In this document: positions 50,991-63,332 of the stretch, one piece after another
Layout of the letters: each line of letters starts with the position of its first letter
How positions within the stretch are numbered: the first letter of the stretch is position 1
From: Lingula anatina
Lineage: Eukaryota; Animalia; Brachiopoda
Assembly: GCA_051362555.1 (NCBI GenBank)
Contig: CM120646.1
Coordinates: 310,001 to 374,000 of the forward strand
Direction of reading: 5' to 3'
Length of the DNA stretch: 64,000 nucleotides
Notes under the pieces: generated by a model
Database searches by the model: none
Told to the model about the DNA's origin: nothing
The model's input: the letters and a program-made list of their open reading frames with translations, nothing else
Made by a program: the position numbers and the translations under genes

Positions 50991-53900
50991 TTACTTAGTT
51001 TCTAGTCCTGTGCTGTTGATATTATTTCATACTAGCGGACATAAAGTTTACCTATCTGCTAACTGGATTGCAAAGTCACATCAGGAAATAACACGATCAA
51101 TTTTTATTTATTTTTCCTTTACAACAAGTGTAACGTGGCAGTATTTTAGTGTCCAGTTTACTATGTATCCTGATTGAAAGGGGAAATGTATGAGGGAGAG
51201 GAGGGAGGGGGGGGTGGCGGGGTCAGTGACCTTCATTATGTAGTTCCCGACCAAGGTCTTTCGTATCGTATGTCACCGGGCGATTACATAACACGGATGA
51301 TAAGGAGGTCACTCTCTTTATTGCTACATACAAACACAAAGAAGTAATGCCAGTAGATAATATTGTCCCAGGTGTGGACCAGGTGGGTCTTCTTGGATAT
51401 ATTAACCTCTGTACAGCGTCCGAAGGACGGTAAATATAGACGTGTTAACGAGCGTCCACCTCCTTGACCTCTCAGTATAACATGTGAAATATGTCTAATA
51501 CTACAACTTAGGCGGAACCCTCAAAACTGATCTAATACGTATCGATTATTTCGCGTTGAAAGATGAATCTTTTGATTTGATAAGAACACATGAGACATTT
51601 TCTTATGATCGCTGAAAAACCTACACCATGAGCATATTTCTCAATAGATTACAAACCGAGGCCTACTTGTCATTCAATCTTAATTTCATAGATTGGATAT
51701 GTGTGTGATTGTTGGTGTTTTCAATATACTGACGTACTTCTCGTATCTAATCAGTTCTTTATCAATATATGTTTATGTTATTTTGGTGCTATTTCACCAA
51801 CACTGCCTCGTTAAAAATATACGCGTGATTTGATATGGCATTGGCAGGTAAAACTTTACCTATGGACTTTTCAATAGAGGCGTCATACATGTATAATTAG
51901 TTATGTCAATGCCCGCCAATGCCTAGGTCGATATAGTCCACGAGACAGTCCCCGAGGTCCTGACCCCATGTTAACCAGGATGACCCCCCCGGGGGGTCTA
52001 CGATACACCCCTTTTTAACGAGCGTTTTGACGGGAAGACGTGAACATTAAGTCGAGACATGTGGACGGCGTACCAAAGTTACATTTTAAAAAAATTCTAG
52101 GCGCTTTTTAGAGCCTTATCGACTCTGTTTTTATGCCCCTTGACTTAATTCTGTGACTCAATATCCATTACGTTTGCCAAAAACATTATTTTAAATTTAA
52201 TAACTACGATATGTTTCAAATATCAAAAGCTCAACCGCTGTGTGTGAATAACCAACACAAAGCCGTATTGCAATCAGCAAGAACATGTATGATTTGACCA
52301 GTCAACAATGATTGCTTAAAGTTTTTTATGGAAGGATAAGCATAATTAGTCCAGTGATTATTTGCCAGCATTATATACAGTACATACATGTACCACTTCA
52401 TATGACAGCCAACGTGAAGAGACTGCTTGTAAAATTAAACTGGGGCCTAATCGTGATACATTAATTAACACAAACAAGACCTACTTCGTTGGCGAATGCA
52501 CATGTAGTTAGTGTATGAGGGATGAAGTACCAACATCGTAATTCTATAAAATCTGCAGAACACAAGCCACCAATTGTTGAGCAAAGATACGTAATATCAG
52601 CGGCGTTCATTCTCATAGCAGGGCGCAGCTCACATATCATGGCGGCTCTGAGACACGGCGCACCTGTTGCTCAAAATGGCATAGACCTTACCTTTTAAAA
52701 ACACCCACAAATCTAAAAATCCAGCAAACCCAACCTGAACAACGTACCTTACAGTCTTCGTTGAGAAATATCCTTTTTGAAATAAATAACTGGTCCAAGA
52801 ATAGGCGTGTCGAGACAACTGCGTTAACAAGCTTGGTGAACTGAAATATCTGCTGTAAGGTGTGGTGCGTGACGCTGATATAGACTGTATTTATCGCTAC
52901 AGGAAAGGTGAGTGGCTAGTCAGCGTGTGCTAGGGCCAAGCCTTAAAGTCCAAGGATGAGATAACCAACTGGCCCATATACCGACTAAATAATTAAAGGT
53001 TATTTTCCATATGCTTTTGACCTGTATAGAGGTCTATAGCTATATATTACTGAATATAGCGCTGATTACATTGATAGCGCGCGATTTTCAAAAGGAATTT
53101 TGAAAGAGATTTCATTGGAGTTTATATTGAGACGGGTTTAAGCGGGATATCGATCATAAATGGAAGATAAAGCGGTGGACTTCGGGACACAGTATTGAGA
53201 AGCCACATGTGGTATAGAAACTTAAAGGGAAAACAACTGTTCGTTTTGGATGGCTTTTCCTGGGGTAAACGACAAATAATTACTAATGATTAATGAATCC
53301 ATATCGACTTCAAAGTCCCTGTTTTTTTTTTCTAGGAAGGTTTTTAACTATCCGGAAGCGCGGCCTACCCTAATTGATTGCATTGGATAGGGCTGTGTTG
53401 TGTGGAAAATGTACAATTGTCCGCAGGAAAATCATTGATGATGTTGTTTTTATGCTTTTAAGTCACCTACACCTTGAATTTGACATAACCCTTTGAATGA
53501 TATTATTTTTAAATCCCCAAAGACCATAGAATTTAGTTACTATGCTCATTAACCATATTTGACATTTTAAAAATGAAATGCGTCTACCGACCTTATTTAT
53601 TTATAGTCACCGCTTGTAAACCAACTTATTAATTTTGTTTAGCCTAAGGCTACTTTTTACGTAAATCTACGTAAGCTGAATTCTCTGGGGTCTCAAAAAC
53701 CATCATTATTTCCATGTAGAGGTGCCCGGTACCGCACTAGTGATTGTAAATGTTAGCTTTAATACCGGACCGTGATCAAAGATAGGGTATCTAGATAGGT
53801 CTACGATTATACCCTTTCTTTAGATTTGCTTAACCGGGCTGGATGAGTTATGGCACTTCTACATCAAGGTGGTACAAGACCAAAGATCAGTGCTGTTCGT

Positions 53901-54353
53901 TATTGTTTATTTTTTATAACATCTGGACTCAAGCTGGCAGTACGCACCATCGTATTTATTATCTATTCCATCCGTTTTTAAGGATTTATAATGTTACATT
54001 TAAGACGTAATTTTTCTTGTCCTAGATTTTTTTCATTAGACAAAAAAAAAAAAAAAAGAAAAGAAAAAACAGTAATTACAGCACCTTTAACTTGTTCAGC
54101 TGTTCTTAGAATCGCCTAAAGACAGCGTTAATTGTAAAATCTCACATTTCCACGAAAACAAAAACGACAATTTATCGCTAAAACAATGCTTTTTTCTCAA
54201 TAATTCAACGAATTGAGCGGTGCCTGAAGAAAAAACTATGGTGCGTTATTTTTCTTTGGTTCAAACAAACTTTGAGTAAAAACAGTAAATAAACAAACAA
54301 ATTAATAAAAGGGTGAGTTACCTGGTGACCTAGAAAGCTGTACTGCACACAAA

Positions 54354-54568
54354 GACTGCATTCCCACAGATTAAGATCGATCCATCTGGATCGACCTAAG
54401 TCCCTGGGGGTTCATGCTAAATTGCTGTCAGCCGAGCGCGCACGGAAGTTTATTACCCCCTTACAGCTTTTAGTAGGCGGAACAGACATTTAAGCCGGCT
54501 AAGCTGACAGTAATCTAGTGAGACTCCCCACGGGGATAGATCGATCTAAAATCTGTGGGAATGCAGTC
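54354..54568. mobile_element. family A MITE, full length
   Basis: TIR gactgcattcccacagat / atctgtgggaatgcagtc; internal identity with 47533 and 5387. Confidence 0.8.
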
Positions 54569-54772
54569 AAAGTCTGACGTGAAAGATTGACTATATGTTT
54601 AAGTTACAAAGCAGACCATGGCCAATTTTAGTATTTGTTCCCTCATATTTCCACAATATAACGAATAAACGCCGTCAAATGATCTCAAATGTGTCACTTT
54701 TGGGTCCCAGGAGGGAATGCAATTTTGACAAAGTCGTGTTACAGTAAGGATTTTAAATCAAGAATTGTGACT

Positions 54773-54940
54773 CAGGGGCGGATTTAGGCCGTCTTCTGGG
54801 TCTTCTGGAAGACGGTCAGATTTTAAAGTTTACATTGACGGGTATGTAATATTTTCTGTCGGAAGACGGTCAAAAATTGAGGACGAATTAACAAAGATAA
54901 ATTGGAAGACTGTCAGAAAATATCTCTGGATCCGCCCCTG
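54773..54940. mobile_element. hAT-like MITE
   Basis: caggggcggattt ... ggatccgcccctg TIR; partial 8-bp TSD ttgtgact/ttgtgttt. Confidence 0.65.
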
Positions 54941-55006
54941 TTGTGTTTTGGGTGTCGCATATTTAACCAAAGCCAAGGTTATCTATGCTGTGGGAGATTA
55001 ACGATG

Positions 55007-55042
<36 letters not shown>

Positions 55043-55462
55043 AACGAAGTGGGGGGGGGGGATAACGGTGCGCAGGGCGGCCCTCGTCTCTCTCGTGTGC
55101 TGAGCCGTGTGTTGAAGCAATGAACAAATTGCGTTCATTTAAGTCAATTAGTAGTGAAATGGCAATATCGATCTGCGTTCAGTATTGTTCAGAATTAAGT
55201 TTTTAGTCACGATGATCAAAATGGGTCAAGTGATTAGAGCAACAGAAATGGATGAGACAAGATTTCTATAAAAATATGAAAAGAATGTGTTCTCAAATTT
55301 TTGTCTACTGGACTGCCACCTAAGCTGACGTAGTTTGCAAGTTTTGACATAGGGGGATTTGATTCTGTTTCTTACAAAGCAAAGTTCATGATCAAACGCA
55401 AATGAAAAGAACCCCACTGTCATTTGGATCTTTCTCCGACGAAATGCAAGCTTGGTTCGACG

Positions 55463-55512
<50 letters not shown>

Positions 55513-57192
55513 CACTCTCTTCAATGCCCCCGGTCCTGTGAGTGTCTATTACAGAAAAAGATTGTCTATATTTTTAAAATTTTTTCCAATTTTCTCTAAC
55601 CTGTGTTGTGCTACATAATATCAGTGGAACACGCATTAAGTTACTGAGTTTCTGCTGCAATAACTCCTAACCGTTCTATGTATACGCTAGGCCTTAGGGG
55701 GCCTACTCCTCACAGAGCACTTCTTACTGTCCTTGGCAATACATGCGCTAATCATGAAGTCTACAGAAGTAAACTATACTAGGCATACGCATCTTCTTAA
55801 ACATTGGTGCTGCTGCATGTACTGGCAGAGTGATAATACAACATCTCTTCAAACACGTTTTCTCTACAGCAGTTCACATCATGTACCCCCCCCCCCCCCC
55901 CACACACACACACACACACACTGAACATATGTAAAAACCACCTCTGTGAGACTTTTGCAAGCATCACCTGGTTTTTACAGACGCAGGACTTTATTTTTAC
56001 CTTTTTATATGATTGTCATATCGTACTACATTTATAAATTTGCAAACACGGTATGCAACATGCACGCACGCGCACACGCGTTTATATGCGCGGTCCCCAA
56101 CATCATCCAAGATGTTTACGGCAACCGATGAACGCGCTCTCCATTCCATCTAGGAACATATTTATGAACCTCCTTCCTTTTCTACACACAAGCAAAGACT
56201 CATACTGAAACACAAGAGAATGAAGTCAACAAATAATCATATAAAGAATGGAAAATAGCTTACCTTAGGTTTTCGCTTCTCAGTGCTGCGTGTAATATTG
56301 TCAATCCACAAATAGCGACCAATAATGATTTCAGCTTTGCACAATGTCGACTGAATCTAGGTATTATATGACGTGATTGCAGATGATGGTCGCTGCTTGA
56401 CTCCTGACGACGCGAGAGAACGCTGTCAGCACGCAAACTGACAACACCAAAGTCAAATTTCATTTTAATCAAATAGCTAGCATATAGTTGAGATTTATCA
56501 ACATAAAAAAGCCACCCGATTATTTCAAAAAAATATGAAGAAGGTGATCTATTAATTGAAGTTCTCCTATTTTGACCGAAATATTCATGTTACTGGGACG
56601 GGAAGGATGGCTTGAGAAATGACACAGTGAAGTCGAACTAAATTTTATTAATTGAACGATTTTCACTTTAAGTATTGTTACCATTGGTGTGAACGTTTTT
56701 TACACGGAAGCTGTTGCTTTAAACTTTCTTGCGGATAATGTGTGTTTTTCAACCAAAGGCGTCTGACATCATCCATAAAGAATGAAGAAAATCCCGTCCG
56801 AGAATTGTATCTACCTCAAAGTGAAAACCCAAGGCATGCTTGTGGCCGTCTAGCCAGTTAAAGACAATCCAAATTATATATGTCTGTATTTAAAGAGAAT
56901 ATCTGGGTTTACAATTAGATGGAGCTATAAGATGGTAAGTAGAAGGATGTACAGAGAGAGACACAGGATCGTTGCTATTCCCTGCCATCGTTAGATCAGT
57001 CTGGATAGAACCGTTCTACGTTGGATCACTTAAAACTATCTAAAACTATCGCTAGGCATGATCAGGGTAAGTAGGCCTATAATAAATTAATGAACATCCC
57101 TCGTAACTTCCGTAGCACAAATGAGAATCATTTACGGTATATTTCAAAATTTCCCTAAGGACTTTCAACATTAGCTAGTCTCCTGTTAGTAG

Positions 57193-58042
57193 CACCCTGA
57201 GCTTCAGAGATAACTTGACACTAACCTCTTTACTATAGCCTATCTTCATCGTGTCAAGTTACCTCTGACGAAAATAGTTTGACCTAGTTTATATAAGCCA
57301 ATCGAATCCAAGTTTCAAAATTTTTCACCAAAGTTTGGTGAAAACGCTGATTGGTTGACCGTCAATCGGTAATCCTCGGCTGATTCCGCAAGCTCCATAC
57401 TAACAACAAAGTTATTGTCGAGTGCGGAGACATCCGAGTAGTTCCGAGTGCATAACCGTACACAAAAAAAGCATGGCGTCTCCTACGAGTGACTACGTAA
57501 AATAATGTGTTAAGTTATCTCTTGATTCTTTGCAAAATATGAGTGTATCGGAATTAAAACCAGAGCAGTTTGAGGCCCTGCATCATTATCTACTGAGGGA
57601 TGATGTATTTTGCGTGCTGCCCACAGGTTACGGCAAGTCCCTGATATTCAGCCTGGGGGCGTCTCGATAGTCCGAAGGTTCATTGGTCCGAAGGTTCATT
57701 GGTCCGAAAAGTGGTAACATTTTTATCGATTTTTTAATCAAGGGTTCATTGGTCCGAAGGTTCTATAGTGAACATTCGGACCAATGAACCTTCGGACTAT
57801 TGAACCTTCGGACTATCGCTACGGCCCCTTCAGCCTTATCTTTGATGGTCCGGATTTGAACAAAGCGCGCTTTGACTCGTTCGCGTTCATTGGCTAGATC
57901 GTTCAATGAGTCATTGAGTGCGGGATTTAAATTTGATTGGCGGGCGGCGGGAGCAATCGAATGTGGTCAGAGGTAACTTGACACGATGAAGATAGGCTAT
58001 AGTGAAGAGGTTAGTGTCAAGTTATCTCTGAAGCTCAGGGTG
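57193..58042 (+). mobile_element. non-autonomous AcademH-like transposon, copy 2 (opposite orientation, with insertions)
   Basis: Same TIR family; 8-bp TSD gttagtag; ELKPEQFEALHHYLLRDDVFCVLPTGYGKSLIF at ~57551-57649. Confidence 0.8.
57655..57828. mobile_element. foldback-type MITE with 16-bp subterminal repeats, nested in the AcademH-like copy
   Basis: GGGG.CGT..CGATAGTCCGAAGGTTCA TIR; 8-bp TSD ttcagcct; the empty site is present in copy 1. Confidence 0.85.
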
Positions 58043-59197
58043 GTTAGTAGGGCCTAATCTTATCTACGCAACGTTCAAAACCCGTAGAAAGCGTTAGAGG
58101 CGATTGTGTTAGAGAAGATCTGCTTCAGCACAACCAAAGACGTGGACTTTCTTCTTTGAGGAGAAGGGGGGGAGGGGGGGTTGGACGACTGTTCGCAGAG
58201 CGTCCACCTTTGCTTCTGTAATCAATTCGGAAATGTTAAAATCAAATCTTGTCGATTTTAATGAATGGGATTAGGAACTAACCATGACCATGGTGTTGGA
58301 ACTCCTTGCCATGACTGCCCCGTGTCTATACTCAAGTCTGTATGGTATAGTCAGGCTGTATATACAATTGTGATAGGAATCACTGCCTTCCCTCACACGT
58401 TACTGTCAGTATCAAGTCTTCAGTAATGACAATACGAACGTTCATGTCCTGTCTTGAAAAAAAAAAAAACCTAGCGGCAAAATTTTATATTCGGTTCAGC
58501 TAATTGTCTTGTTTTTATTTCAGATTTTGTTTAATATCGTACACATTTTAGGAAGTGACTTCTCTCCATCCAAATTGTTTACACAGAGAAATGATTGCTT
58601 GTCACGAGACGTTCAACCTTCATTAAAAAAAAAACAAAAAAAAAACTCCCAATATGCAGGGATAAGGCTAACATTTAGTGTACAAGTCTTGGGTTCAGAC
58701 CTAAGCACCCCCCTCCTCCCTGTAGTTTTTACTGCATATCTAAACGATCTCAAAAATAACACTCGGCTCCCAGAAAGTTGAAAACCAGCCAACAGTCGGA
58801 AAAATCACATCCCTGCACACACTGTTTGATAATCTCTGAAGCCTGCCCCTCTCCTCTTTCACTTAGTGTAGATAAGCAATTACAAAATAAACAAGCAAAT
58901 GCTGAACAAAACCTCAACCTCTCAAACAGACTATTTAAAGAAAACTGAATTTTCAAACTATTGAAAGTTGAACTGCCTGTAGTGCGAACACAGTGAATGA
59001 ATTTCTTGTTATGTGTAAATTAATGTATGAATAAATCAGTGAGAGAAATGGAAGGCATTTTTGAAATTTTATTAAATTAATTTAAAATACTGCCAATATC
59101 ACTACAACACACTGGATCATCCATAAACAAGTCCCATCTGTTTGGAGGCTTTTGAACTACAAGAAAATCAGCCAGGTATATGGAACAGGGCACGGGG

Positions 59198-60061
59198 TTA
59201 TTCCTTGACTTTTCTTTTCCGTACATCACCGATATTTACATATTTAATATCTTTCCCCACTTTTGTGTTACGCAAATCATGGACACTTATATATTTGTTC
59301 GGGTCCATAGACTTGGCTACCACCATTCGGAGTGTCATGGTTGCACAGATTAGAAATAACATAAAACAGAGTGAGAAGAAAGGCAAAGCTAGCTGGTTTA
59401 TACTATCCTCTACTTGTTGCTTTCTACTGAATTTAAATTTTTCATCATATCTCACATGACCATCTTGAGTCTTTTTGCGTTTGTTTTGAATTCTTCTCCA
59501 GAGTTCATCATAATCTATATCATGTGGTTCGTAGTACTGATGCCCGTAACGCTTGAAGTTGTTACCAGAAGGCCGATACGCTGTTCTGTATCTTGAGTTG
59601 GAATTATGTGGGTCGTTGTTTGACCTTGACCTTTGACTGTGCCCAGTCCACCAATCAGGCCCAGTTTGACTAGAGGGCCTGCTCCCTGCCTGTGTTCTAT
59701 AGTAAGGTCTAGCTGTGGCTGTATACAGTCTCAGGGTCTTGTCATACTCCTGTCTCTGCAGAGGACTCCCGATCACCTCATACGCAGCGCTAATCTCAGT
59801 AAATTTCTCCTGGGCGTTAGGGGATTTATTCAAATCTGGATGATATATTTTGGACAGTTTGAAGTAGGCAGCTTTGACCTGGTCGGGGGTGGCGTCTCTG
59901 GGGACGCCGAGGGTGGAGTAGTGATCCTTCCCACACCTCGGCACGCCTAGAGACAGAGAACGCCATGGAGGACAACTCCAGACTCCACTCACAAATGTCT
60001 TCCATTTCATTTGTAACAGTTTGGAGGTGGCTATCTGTCCACATTGACACTGTATAGCCAT
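59198..60061 (-). CDS. J-domain (DnaJ class C) protein with C-terminal TM, DNAJC30-like paralog B
   Basis: DHYSTLGVPRDATPDQVKAAYFKLSKIYHPDLN...AYEVIG...EYD; TM LALPFFSLCFMLFLICATM; single coding exon after the acceptor at 60242; start codon could be a later Met. Confidence 0.85.
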   Translation of the reverse strand: MAIQCQCGQIATSKLLQMKWKTFVSGVWSCPPWRSLSLGVPRCGKDHYSTLGVPRDATPDQVKAAYFKLSKIYHPDLNKSPNAQEKFTEISAAYEVIGSPLQRQEYDKTLRLYTATARPYYRTQAGSRPSSQTGPDWWTGHSQRSRSNNDPHNSNSRYRTAYRPSGNNFKRYGHQYYEPHDIDYDELWRRIQNKRKKTQDGHVRYDEKFKFSRKQQVEDSINQLALPFFSLCFMLFLICATMTLRMVVAKSMDPNKYISVHDLRNTKVGKDIKYVNIGDVRKRKVKE

Positions 60062-60850
60062 GTCCAGGACAACTATTTACTATGTCAAATATTTCTCCAG
60101 TGTCAATTTGATTCATACACATCATCCCTTCACACTCCTGGACAGTGATGAAGATACTAACACTGCTTTGAGCCACAGAAAGGAGGTGCTCTGTTATCTT
60201 CTTACCATTCTTCTCCTGGGACCCTGCCTTAATATAGTGACCTGTAAAGAAAATAATAAAAACACCAATGATGTGAAACAGACAAGTCAATTTTTTTAGT
60301 TATCATATCAGTGATTTAAAACAAAATGTTCTCTGGTGTTAGCAAGTATACTTCCAAATGTTAATTTCCTGACTGCAACAGCTGTACACAATTATCTTGG
60401 GGATTTTCTAATACACGTAATTCAATTATTTAACATTTGATAATTTATAACAGAATTCAATTCAGTCTGAAGGATAAAAGTCACTTTCTTCAATTTCTTT
60501 AAATTATTGATCTTAGCAGAATTATGGTAATGACTTGATGTTTTCAATAGGGAAAAATTATCAATCTTTGCAGTACAAAATTTTGGAATCATTACATCTT
60601 TATTTTTTGGAAGCATTTGGGGTGCTTTTTGCTGCCACTCAATAGGAATGAATAATTTCAATAATTTAAGAACTAATAATAAATATTTATTATAAATAAT
60701 TAAATACAGTATCTGTAATATTTCTAATTCTCTCCTATTGAAAATATTGAGCAATATTTCCATATGTTACTTGAACATTATAAAGATGACAACAGACAAT
60801 GCAAGAGGCAACAGACCTCTTCAGATCTTAAAATACAGAATGACCTTGAC

Positions 60851-61645
60851 CTAAATATGGATGACAGGTTCAACTTCCTTGGTTTTCTCTCGTCTGCGGC
60901 GAATCATGTGTTTCTCATCGTGTCTTATAATCCTTCTCTTATGTTTGGTCACGATGTGTATTTGGAATATAAGAATAAGAAAAGTGATAAAAACCAGCAC
61001 ACGAACGACCACCCCCGTCTTTCTCTGCTCTTCAGCCCTCTTCTGAAAGGGATCCTGTTCCATGTTTTGCCCCCGTTTGTACTTTGTGTCATTGGTGTGA
61101 TGCCCCTCTCTCATCCTGTCATACTCCTCTCCCCCAAACTTCACCTGGTGCCAGATACGTCTGTACTCCTCATATGAGATGTCTTTACCACTTCTGTAGA
61201 TAGGAGTGGGTCCCCTGGTTCTGCGCCCTCTATTGGAAGGGCCATGGAAGGTGGCGCCCCCTGCAGTTTGGTGATTTCTTGGTGAGGCCTGCTGTGATTG
61301 GCCTGGGAAAGTGCTCTGGTAGGCCAGAGTTTTATCATATTCCTTTTTCTTTATTGGGTTGCCAAGGACTTCATAAGCAGAATTGATCTCAGTGAATAAT
61401 CTCTGTGCGTCCCTGGATTTATTCAAGTCTGGATGATATTTTTTAGAATTTTTATAATACGCTGCTTTCACCTGTGCTGGTGTAGCAGTTCTAGATACTC
61501 CCAGAGTTTTATAATGACATCTGGCCTGGTCGCTACCACTGAGGTGAACATGTCTCTGCTGACTGACACTGGCGCCATCTATAAATGCCCTTCCTAGCAG
61601 TAATCTTCTGTGAAGTTGAGCACTTTTACAACCAACCAAAGCCAT
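60851..61645 (-). CDS. DNAJC30: J-domain protein with mitochondrial-type presequence and C-terminal TM, DNAJC30-like paralog A
   Basis: ATG at 61645 (MALVGCKSAQLHRRLLLGRAF..., Arg-rich, acid-poor); HYKTLGVSRTATPAQVKAAYYKNSKKYHPDLN...AYEVLGN; TM VVVRVLVFITFLILIFQIHIV; intronless CDS. Confidence 0.75.
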   Translation of the reverse strand: MALVGCKSAQLHRRLLLGRAFIDGASVSQQRHVHLSGSDQARCHYKTLGVSRTATPAQVKAAYYKNSKKYHPDLNKSRDAQRLFTEINSAYEVLGNPIKKKEYDKTLAYQSTFPGQSQQASPRNHQTAGGATFHGPSNRGRRTRGPTPIYRSGKDISYEEYRRIWHQVKFGGEEYDRMREGHHTNDTKYKRGQNMEQDPFQKRAEEQRKTGVVVRVLVFITFLILIFQIHIVTKHKRRIIRHDEKHMIRRRREKTKEVEPVIHI

Positions 61646-62018
61646 GACTGCCACTGACAAAACCTAGTAATAATTTCTTTCTACAGCAGCCTATATCTCT
61701 GGGACAGTCTTCACATGTCACAAAATACAAGCCATAGGACATCACCAGATTCCACACAAAACTGTTTCACTTCTGAACTGTAAACACCTGAAATAATGAA
61801 AGAAATAAGCATGCATGACACAAGAGAGGTGTAAAAACAAACATAAAGACATAATAATTTCAATTGTTTTTTTTTTTAAGCTGAAAAATTTTAATGCATT
61901 CATAAAGATCGACTGTGTTTGGTACAATGTCTGAGCTGCTGTACTCTTCAAAGGAGATATCTCTTTGAATTTTGTAAACAGGTGTTGGGCCCTGGTTTTA
62001 CCGACTCTAAAGAAAGAA

Positions 62019-62065
<47 letters not shown>

Positions 62066-62233
62066 ACAGGTTATAAGGAGGAGAGAATCTTCGACATCGA
62101 CATCAATATGTTGGCTGAAATTGAAATTTATCATGAAAAATGGCAAGACTTACCATTCTCAGCCAAGCAATACATAAAAACGACATATTTATTTGCATAA
62201 ATTACCGAAACATTTCACAGAAACCAGTACTTA

Positions 62234-62692
62234 CATGTGTACTGACCTGTAGCTGAGAAGACTGGGGGTAGATGGTGAACGTGTCAGATCTAGGTCGGAT
62301 TACCAAACCGCAATCTACTGGTCCCGCCTCACTTGGTGGGCCAAAACACTCCACTCCAAATCCGGTGCAAGGCTAACTGTCTGAAAATCAATATCTAAGG
62401 ATCACATATTCAATACCAACCTGATAGAGATGAACCCAAATGGATGGCTTTGGCACAGCAGATATATTTTCTGGAGACGGGGCAGGGATTGCATAAAACA
62501 CTGTGACACTCTCAAGGTCGTTGTGATGGCGGCGCAACTGACGCAATTTTGGGGATCGAGGCTTGGCGGAAGTTTGGGTTCGAGACTAGCAGGAAGTGGG
62601 ATTGGAGAGTATTCTCAGCCATCTTCATCCTGATTGATTTGTTCCCTGTGCATTTTCAGTTTTAATTTTGCAGGGGATGTCATAAACGTAAG
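62234..62692. promoter_or_regulatory. probable bidirectional CpG-rich promoter / first exons
   Basis: CpG-rich island; minus-strand donors gtaagt at ~62233 and ~62152; plus-strand donor AG|gtaagt at 62693; YY1-like GATGGCGGC / AAGATGGC and ETS-like GGAAGT motifs. Confidence 0.5.
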
Positions 62693-62995
62693 GTAAGTAA
62701 AGTAAAGACGAAAAACAAGGCTTACTTGATATTTTTTTTATGTTTCTTGGAGATATTTTCTTTCTTAAAGTACGTATTCATAAGTCAATGTATTGTCTAA
62801 AATAAGAAACAGACTCAGTTTGTCAATAATGTCATACTGTCATTAATGATAACATTCACCATAAAGAACAACGCCATTGTTACTTCCTTTGGTATGCATC
62901 ATGTTACTTTGGTTTCATGGGTGATAATTAAAAATGAAGGGTGATAATTAAAAATGAATTTAATGCCGTTCTCTTAATAGAGCGCCCAATATTAA

Positions 62996-63332
62996 AGGGA
63001 TAATAACTCTTCGTATGAGATCTATATTTCACAATAAAAACATTGTGAATAACTCATAGAAATATAATATATTCTGTTTTACCACAAAAACGGCAGTTAT
63101 AGCTATTATTCTGATATCTGAGCTTTTCTTTAGACCATGTGACCTCCATTGATGGTTATACTCTGTTAAAATCTCTTAAGAGATTTTAACAAAAAACCAA
63201 ACTTTTTAGAAAAAAACCGGGGACTAACTTTGAATGTAAAAATGGATTCATTAACCATTGGTGAGTATGGGAAAATTGTTGTTTACTCCAGGAAAATTCA
63301 TTTTTTGGCCGAAACGAAGAGTTATTATCCCT
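62996..63332. mobile_element. TTAA-flanked MITE (Kolobok-like)
   Basis: ttaa|agggataataactcttcgt ... acgaagagttattatccct|ttaa, perfect 19-bp TIR. Confidence 0.8.

Noticed and set aside
54902-55618. Poly-Gly and poly-Pro ORFs
   Set aside because: Homopolymer G/C tracts.
59826-60290. 154-aa ORF overlapping DnaJ paralog B
   Set aside because: Starts at TTG in the intron and has no recognisable domain; at most uORF activity.
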